Source: Parachlamydiales bacterium (GTDB lineage Bacteria; Chlamydiota; Chlamydiia; Chlamydiales; Rhabdochlamydiaceae). Taken from it: a stretch of 64,000 nucleotides of DNA. Positions within the stretch are counted from its first letter, which is position 1, and the number at the start of each line of letters is the position of its first letter. The position numbers were made by a program, and so were the translations under genes. This document shows positions 33,137-39,332 of this stretch, piece by piece. Under the pieces are notes generated by a model that was not told the origin of the DNA, made no database searches, and was given only the letters and a program-made list of their open reading frames with translations. Location of the stretch: assembly GCA_003153295.1 (NCBI GenBank), contig PLXY01000006.1:219829-283828 (forward strand), read 5' to 3'.

Positions 33137-34594
33137 ATGAATACAAAAAATCCGGTTTTTGCCCGAAAGCGGGAACTCAAGATACTCCAACAACTCTATG
33201 ATTCAGGAAAACCTGAATTTCTAGCTATTTATGGCCGCAGGCGGATAGGGAAAACCTTTCTTATTCGGGAGTTTTTCAAACATAAAGGGCTCTATTTTGC
33301 TCTCACAGGAGTCAAAGAGGCCAGTGTGAAAAAGCAGCTCAAAAACTTTACAGCAGAATTTACCAGGGTATTTGGCCGGTCGGAAGATGATGAACCCTTA
33401 AAGAATTGGTTTGAGGCCTTTGCACAATTGAGAAAAGCACTAGAGACAGTGAAAGGACCTGAAAGGATTATCCTCTTTTTTGATGAACTGCCGTGGTTAG
33501 CGACTCCCCGTTCGGGATTTCTTCAAGATCTTGACCATTTCTGGAACCGCTATCTCTCGGAAGATAATCGAGTGGTCCTCGTCGTATGTGGATCAGCAGC
33601 GTCATGGATGATCAGAAAAATCGTCCGTAATAAGGGAGGGCTCTATGGACGTCTGACCGCCCAGATTCGCCTTCTACCCTTCGATCTAAAAGAGACAGAA
33701 GAATATCTGCGACATCAAGGAATGACCTTAAATCGCAAGGCCATTGTCGATATTTACATGGCAATCGGTGGAATTCCTAAGTATCTCAGTTATATCCAAA
33801 AAGGCCAGTCAGCCATGCAAATTGTCGGCCAGCTTTGTTTTGATGGACCTCTTGCAGAGGAGTTTGACGAGCTTTATGCATCCCTTTTTGAGCGCCACCA
33901 TCGTCATGTTAACATCATCAAGGCTCTGGCAGAACATCATGGAGGCTTGATGAAGTCCCAGATTGCTAAAGCAACTGGCCTCTCAACAGGAGGCGGGATG
34001 AATATAGTCTTGGAAGAACTTGAGCAATCGGGATTTATTCTTGCGATCAAAGATTTTGGCAAACAAAAGAAAGAAAGCCGTTATCGCTTGATTGACGAAT
34101 ACTCTTTGTTTTATCTCAAGTGGGGACAAAAAGCTAAAGAAAGTAATTTGAGAACCCAGGATGATATGTTTTGGGTAAATGTCTTCAACAGCCCGCTGGG
34201 TCAGGCCTGGGCAGGTTATGCTTTTGAAATGTTATGCCTTAAACATCTCTCCAAAATTAAAGAAGCTCTGGGCATCGCAGGTGTTTTGACAAATGCTTCA
34301 GGATGGATTTATAGGCCCTCGAAAGAAAGTCATGAAAGAGGGGTGCAAATCGACCTGCTTATCGATCGTGCAGATAACTGCATTAATCTCTGCGAGATTA
34401 AATACCGCAATGAAGAATTCACTATCAACAAAGCCTATGACAAAGAATTGAGAGAAAAAAAGGCTATTTTTCTAACGCAGACCAAAAGTAAAAAAAGCGT
34501 TTTTATCACGCTGATTTCCCCATATGGAGTCAAAAAAAACGTAGGTCATTTTGGGACTGCTGAGGTGACTTTGACCATGGATGATCTTTTTTAA
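33137..34594 (+). CDS. AAA+ ATPase of the COG1672 type (paralogue of 21544-23001)
   Basis: IYGRRRIGKTFL, ILFFDELPW, C-terminal GVQIDLLIDRADNCINLCEIKY. 485 aa, collinear with the paralogue. Confidence 0.85.
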   Translation: MNTKNPVFARKRELKILQQLYDSGKPEFLAIYGRRRIGKTFLIREFFKHKGLYFALTGVKEASVKKQLKNFTAEFTRVFGRSEDDEPLKNWFEAFAQLRKALETVKGPERIILFFDELPWLATPRSGFLQDLDHFWNRYLSEDNRVVLVVCGSAASWMIRKIVRNKGGLYGRLTAQIRLLPFDLKETEEYLRHQGMTLNRKAIVDIYMAIGGIPKYLSYIQKGQSAMQIVGQLCFDGPLAEEFDELYASLFERHHRHVNIIKALAEHHGGLMKSQIAKATGLSTGGGMNIVLEELEQSGFILAIKDFGKQKKESRYRLIDEYSLFYLKWGQKAKESNLRTQDDMFWVNVFNSPLGQAWAGYAFEMLCLKHLSKIKEALGIAGVLTNASGWIYRPSKESHERGVQIDLLIDRADNCINLCEIKYRNEEFTINKAYDKELREKKAIFLTQTKSKKSVFITLISPYGVKKNVGHFGTAEVTLTMDDLF

Positions 34595-34865
34595 TTTCAT
34601 AGATTGATGTCATCGGCTTCCTGTCATCTAACAATCTTTGACCCCATCCACCAATGGAGTTCGATCAGCTCTTGTTGATAGACATCGCTGCTGAATCCAA
34701 ATTGCTTTTAATCAGGCCTAAGGGTTGGGAGTCTGCACTCTAACCAATTTTTAGCAGCCCATCTTAAAATGTTACGTTTGAGCGATTTTATTAAGATGCT
34801 TACTAGTAGGAAAGAATGCAGGAAAAAAACAATAGACTTTGTTAGAGACTTATCCCTCTGCAAAA

Positions 34866-35627
34866 CTACTCTATTGTTTCCTTACTTTTTATTCCTATGC
34901 CTCCAAGAGGATTGCCATAATCTTGGTATGTCGAAAGAAAAAGAAGGTTATATATGACCTTTGCAAGGTAATCAATGTAGAGTTGTACTTCTTCCCATTC
35001 CGGTTGATAAGTTGGATTTTCGAGATCAACGTGAGCTGCAATCTGATCTCTATAAGCGTTTATAATTTTTCTTTTCTCAAACAAAGCATTTTTAATTTCT
35101 ACAAAATTTTCTGGGCGTGGTTGCCCTTGTTCATTTAAACCAAATTTAAAAAATTCTTTTGTAAGTTGTTTGTATCGAATTAAATGAGTAGAGTATAAGT
35201 TTTTGTGAACCGAATTAGTATTATTGGATACCTCTACAAGTTTCTCTAAAGGTGTTTTTTTAAATAGACATGTGTATTTAGAGTTGATTGAATTAATCAG
35301 AGATAAGGTTTTATCTGTGATATCAGAAAGAGAAATGGGAATAAATTTGCATAGATCTTCAAATAGCATCATAAGAGAAATATTTCGCACTGATATATTT
35401 GGTAAGCTTTGTGCGACAATGGCAAGTATTTGAAATTTATGCTTCACTATATCGAGGGGATCCAAAATCTCGATCTTTATTTTATTAGAAAACTCTTCTC
35501 GCAATAAATAATGCACGTCAAGATTGTCTATAATAAATTTGGTATGTTCTTCCTTGAGTAAGGGACGTTTAGATCCGTTGAACAGCCATTCAATCTTTCC
35601 ATTAAGAAATGGGGGTAAAGTTTTCAT
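34866..35627 (-). CDS. hypothetical protein with an Rx5H motif, candidate HEPN (AbiU2/Abi-like) RNase
   Basis: ...EKRKIINAYRDQIAAHVDLENP... fits the HEPN Rx4-6H signature in the R[DN]xxxAH form seen in Abi-type HEPN families. The gene starts 22 nt after the AbiEii stop on the same strand and is AT-rich. Confidence 0.45.
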   Translation of the reverse strand: MKTLPPFLNGKIEWLFNGSKRPLLKEEHTKFIIDNLDVHYLLREEFSNKIKIEILDPLDIVKHKFQILAIVAQSLPNISVRNISLMMLFEDLCKFIPISLSDITDKTLSLINSINSKYTCLFKKTPLEKLVEVSNNTNSVHKNLYSTHLIRYKQLTKEFFKFGLNEQGQPRPENFVEIKNALFEKRKIINAYRDQIAAHVDLENPTYQPEWEEVQLYIDYLAKVIYNLLFLSTYQDYGNPLGGIGIKSKETIE

Positions 35628-35649
35628 TTTTTTAACTCTTATGCTCTCT

Positions 35650-37002
35650 TCAATCGAAGGTATTATAGGGATGTTTTATCTTAGCAACATCAACTATTCT
35701 TTTTCTCATTTTTGGAGGCAATTCTCCTATAGGTTGAAACCAAAAATATAGGGTTCCTACTGCATCTATTCTATTGTTCCAGTCATTAAGAAAATAACCT
35801 GGCACTAGAAAAATCTCACCTAATTGTGCCTTGTCTAATTTTGTGTATGTACGATTGTAATCTTGACTATTATAGGTAACAAATCCTCTCCCAGAGTCTC
35901 CATGAACATAAAACAAAACCACTTCATAAATTTTGTTGTGATCATATTGCGCTTGCCATTTTTTAGAAACTGTCTCGAAAATTAAAGGCTGACATAAGTG
36001 ATCTTCAGAACTATTGAGTTCATTCGCTTCCTGATGAGTTAATTTTACAAGTCGACTTTTATATAACTTAAAATGCCCTAATGTCAGGTAAACATATTGG
36101 GCACAGTTTTGATCCATTGATGGAGCGGTTTCAGAAGTGCACAATTGTGTGTTATATATCAACCACACATTGATTGCAGAAATAACATCCTTGATGGACT
36201 CTGGGAGTAAAGTGGTCATTTGACTACTAGAAAGATCTTGTAGATAGTCCTCCCATAACGGTTGCAGCACACTTATGTATTCATTGTCAAATTGCAACGG
36301 TAATTTCTGAAGTGAAGTTTGTCTATGGTTAAAGACAGTCACTACGACCTTGTCAATATAATTTGTTTTTAAACATCCTTGTAATGAAATAAGCGTATAG
36401 AGATCATGAAAATCCTTCATTCGGGTATTTCCAATGCCACGCTGAATAACAGTTTCAAGTTTCTCTGCAAAAATGAACTCCTTTGGATAAGAAAGTACTT
36501 GAATTTTGCTTTCAAATAAGGGGCCTTTTGAGGTTGATATCAAATCCAGTGAATAATCAATTGCTTCTACTACATCTCCAAAACCCAAATCAATCTGAAG
36601 ATGAGTTTGTGGTCCACCGAGGTTCGCCAATAGTAAGACTCTTATACCATTGTAGGCCATGTGCGGATGCGTAAGTTTGCCAATTTTCACTTTTTCAAAA
36701 ACAAAACCGTCATCAAGATGAATATTGCAAATGTCATCAAATGCAATGCTCAAAAGCTCTTCTGTATTTTTCAGTCTTTCAACTAGAAAGTCTAAATCTT
36801 TTGTTTCTCGTCCTATAGGGATATATCTAGCTAAGAGCGATCCGCCTTTTAAAATGAAGTTTTGCTTGTATTGGGACTGACAAAGACGAGCTAAAAATCT
36901 TTCCAAAATCAAACTATGCCAAATTTCGTCATAAGTCAAGTTACGTGTTCTTGCAACAGCACGTAGACGTTCTTTTATAGATTGCTTTAAAGAATTTTTC
37001 AT
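35650..37002 (-). CDS. AbiEii/AbiGii-family nucleotidyltransferase toxin with an extra C-terminal domain of about 150 aa
   Basis: Pol-beta NTase motifs are FILKGGSLLARYI, TKDLDFLV and RMKDFHDLYTL. At 450 aa it is longer than the roughly 250-330 aa typical of the family. I do not recognise the tail (..VVLFYVHGDSGRGFVTYNSQDYNR..). Confidence 0.8.
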   Translation of the reverse strand: MKNSLKQSIKERLRAVARTRNLTYDEIWHSLILERFLARLCQSQYKQNFILKGGSLLARYIPIGRETKDLDFLVERLKNTEELLSIAFDDICNIHLDDGFVFEKVKIGKLTHPHMAYNGIRVLLLANLGGPQTHLQIDLGFGDVVEAIDYSLDLISTSKGPLFESKIQVLSYPKEFIFAEKLETVIQRGIGNTRMKDFHDLYTLISLQGCLKTNYIDKVVVTVFNHRQTSLQKLPLQFDNEYISVLQPLWEDYLQDLSSSQMTTLLPESIKDVISAINVWLIYNTQLCTSETAPSMDQNCAQYVYLTLGHFKLYKSRLVKLTHQEANELNSSEDHLCQPLIFETVSKKWQAQYDHNKIYEVVLFYVHGDSGRGFVTYNSQDYNRTYTKLDKAQLGEIFLVPGYFLNDWNNRIDAVGTLYFWFQPIGELPPKMRKRIVDVAKIKHPYNTFD

Positions 37003-37595
37003 GTTGTTAGCGCCATTATGTACGGGTGGATATCTACCCGAAGCAACTTAGCATACTTCATAAGCTTATTGAGATTGGGTTTATCAGAGTTTTCTTGATC
37101 TAGATAGGCTTGTAGAGCCTTGATTGCCACCTCACGGCTAAGATAACGAAAGGCATCGACAACTGTTCTTTCTTTATCAAAAATTTTTAGACAATGAGTG
37201 GCTATTTGAATTTTTGTTTGACCTAGATCAATGTTGCGCATTCGAATGATTCGTGTTTTGAATCTTTGAGGACTCTTTAATGCATGTGGAATGGCGATCC
37301 AAAATTCTCTCATTATTTGATCTGTTAGACCATAATAGCAGAGAGCTGAAATTAGACAGATTACACCATTTGGTATGCTCATCGCTATCAAAGCAAGATC
37401 TTCCCACTGAAAAGCGATGTTTATTTTTGCTTGTAAACCCTTATAGACGCCTCGGGCTATCCGTTCTATCATGCCTTTTTTGCAAAAATGAGAAAGCATG
37501 CGGGAAGGAATACCAGCATGTCGCGCCTCAGCAGCAGTGAAAACTGGTGTTTCCACAAAAACTTGAATCAGAGCAGCATATTTGGATGAAGACAT
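36999..37595 (-). CDS. AbiEi-family type IV antitoxin / transcriptional regulator
   Basis: The N-terminal winged-helix segment is VFTAAEARHAGIPSRMLSHFCKKGMIERIARGVYKG. Its stop overlaps the AbiEii start by 4 nt (ATGA-type coupling). Confidence 0.8.
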   Translation of the reverse strand: MSSSKYAALIQVFVETPVFTAAEARHAGIPSRMLSHFCKKGMIERIARGVYKGLQAKINIAFQWEDLALIAMSIPNGVICLISALCYYGLTDQIMREFWIAIPHALKSPQRFKTRIIRMRNIDLGQTKIQIATHCLKIFDKERTVVDAFRYLSREVAIKALQAYLDQENSDKPNLNKLMKYAKLLRVDIHPYIMALTT

Positions 37596-37611
37596 ATCTT
37601 ATATGTAACAT

Positions 37612-37640
37612 AAGCACCCAAAAAAAGCAATTGGGTGCTT
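37612..37640. promoter_or_regulatory. 10-bp-arm inverted repeat upstream of abiEi (candidate autoregulatory operator)
   Basis: AAGCACCCAA-N9-TTGGGTGCTT lies 17 nt upstream of the AbiEi start codon. AbiEi proteins are known to repress their own promoters through inverted repeats. Confidence 0.35.
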
Positions 37641-37751
37641 GAATTACATAATTAGTTCTCTGAACTTGCTGTTTTTGAGCTATTTAAGGGTGATACTACA
37701 AATCAGGACAATCGTTTATTTTCGAAGGGTATTGTTAATAGAAAATAAACT

Positions 37752-37824
37752 TGGGGCAGGGTGGGATTGAACCACCGACCAACGGGTTATGAGTCCGCCG
37801 CTCTAACCACTGAGCTACTGCCCC
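37752..37824 (-). tRNA. tRNA with a CAU anticodon (Met, or Ile2 if lysidine-modified)
   Basis: The reverse complement GGGGCAGTAGCTCAGTGGTTAGAGCGGCGGACTCATAACCCGTTGGTCGGTGGTTCAATCCCACCCTGCCCCA folds as a cloverleaf: a 7-bp acceptor, D-arm GCTC/GAGC, anticodon loop CTCATAA and T-arm GGTGG/CCACC. The body resembles tRNA-Ile2. Confidence 0.9.
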
Positions 37825-37981
37825 TTAATGAGACTTTATCAATCTAATTCAGGTAGGGAAAGAATCATAACGAAGACGATTTGATCAGGCAATGTAAAAA
37901 ATTTTTTGGATTTTATAAGAGAGTCAGCTATAGAGACGTAAAGGGGGCCTTTGCGAAGGCGCCTATCATCTTAGGAGTGAT

Positions 37982-39187
37982 ATGTCTCGAGGCCTCACAA
38001 TTCTCGCTAGTCTTTGTTTCTTAAGCCTCTGGGCCTCAGAGTCTGAAGAAGATGCAATCGTTAAGGTCGATCCGGAGCTCTCTGTCATTAAACGTGGGGA
38101 TAGTTTGCCGGTGGATACCTTCGAGCATGCGACCGATCCTTATTTAGAAGGATACATCCAAGCTTTAATCGACTCGAGCTACTACGAATATAACGTGATC
38201 GTGGTCGTGAAAGACCATCGGGTTACCCTTTACAATCTTCCGAAAAACGACCTGGTGGCTAAGAGTATTATTTCTTACGTGCAAGATCTTCCGGGGGTCA
38301 CTTCTGTTGAAGCTAAAAAAGCATTGACGAAGGAAGAGGTGCAATCGAGAAAGGGGTACACGGAAGCTCCCAGAGTCTCAGGAGTATGGTTCCCGCAGAC
38401 AACGGTATTATTTTTACCTTTGATTGCAGATCCTAGAGAACCAGTTTATTCTGTGAACTGGAGGTGGGGCGACAAAGTTATCGGAAAAAGCACGATAGCT
38501 GTTTCTTTGGGTGATGACTTCCCTATTTTCCGCTGGCATGATGTGTTCAGATGGCATGGGGATCTGCAGATTGGAGTTCAAGCCGGAGTCTGGACCGTCT
38601 TTAATTTTACTGATGTACCAGATCACAAGCATAATATGTGCGAGCTGATGAACACCGACTATTTAGTCGGTATTCCGCTTTCGTATGCCTTTGATAAATG
38701 GTCATTCCGCACAAGGATCTATCACATTTCAGGCCACTTAGGCGATGAGGTGTTATGCCATCGGGACCATTTAGTCAAAGGTCGCAAAAATCCGAGTTTT
38801 GAAGCTTTTGATTGGATATCGTCTTATCAATTTTCCAGTGGATTAAGACTTTACGCAGGTCCGGGAGTTGTCTTTCAGAGCGATGACAGTTTTATCTTAA
38901 AACCTCTGTATGCCATCTGGGGGATGGAAGTTAGGCTTTTGGGACAGAAGCTCAATTATCACAGACTTTTTGGAACTCCTTTCTTTGCAGCGAATATGGA
39001 AAACTGGCAGGAACATCATTGGGATCTCGATCTGACCTTGAAGTTGGGGTATGAGTTCAGTAAATTGCAAGGTGTGGGCCGGAAAATGCGCCTTTATCTG
39101 CAATACCATCAAGGGTACTCTTACGAAGGGCAATTCTTTAAACATCAAGTCAAGTACGGCGAAATCGGATTCTCTTGGGGATTCTAA
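37982..39187 (+). CDS. outer-membrane protein with an N-terminal BON domain and a DUF1207-like beta-barrel
   Basis: Signal peptide MSRGLTILASLCFLSLWA. A BON-like segment is present (YLEGYIQALID...VTLYNLPKNDLVAKSIISYVQDLPGVTSVEA). FLPLIADPREPVYSV is as in DUF1207. The C-terminal residue is F. Confidence 0.6.
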   Translation: MSRGLTILASLCFLSLWASESEEDAIVKVDPELSVIKRGDSLPVDTFEHATDPYLEGYIQALIDSSYYEYNVIVVVKDHRVTLYNLPKNDLVAKSIISYVQDLPGVTSVEAKKALTKEEVQSRKGYTEAPRVSGVWFPQTTVLFLPLIADPREPVYSVNWRWGDKVIGKSTIAVSLGDDFPIFRWHDVFRWHGDLQIGVQAGVWTVFNFTDVPDHKHNMCELMNTDYLVGIPLSYAFDKWSFRTRIYHISGHLGDEVLCHRDHLVKGRKNPSFEAFDWISSYQFSSGLRLYAGPGVVFQSDDSFILKPLYAIWGMEVRLLGQKLNYHRLFGTPFFAANMENWQEHHWDLDLTLKLGYEFSKLQGVGRKMRLYLQYHQGYSYEGQFFKHQVKYGEIGFSWGF

Positions 39188-39332
39188 TGGAAGACCTTCT
39201 TTTTTACGACTTCAGCCAAGATGGATTTTTAGACGGAAATACTCACATGTTCTTGATCGATGGATCTTGGAGCTATCATCATGATGAAGTGGAATTTCGT
39301 GATTGTGAATTAGAACTTCAGAAAAAACAATC

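Larger units (their letters stand above)
28927..37751. mobile_element. tRNA-anchored genomic island (composite; no integrase recognised)
   Basis: It is bounded by an intact tRNA(CAU) at 37752-37824 and its 51-nt 3'-end repeat at 28876-28926. Cargo comprises a Pmp-like autotransporter, a secreted protein, an AAA+ ATPase and an AbiE/HEPN module. The tRNA-proximal 3 kb is visibly more AT-rich. Confidence 0.6.

Noticed and set aside
34769-35138. Plus-strand ORFs of 62 and 99 aa in the AT-rich region.
   Set aside because: They are largely antisense to the better-supported 253-aa HEPN-motif gene. Their AT-rich, Phe/Ile/Lys-rich translations look like noise.
27203-37751. I searched the island region for an integrase, excisionase or transposase.
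   Set aside because: None of the ORFs shows tyrosine- or serine-recombinase or DDE motifs, so no mobility gene is reported.
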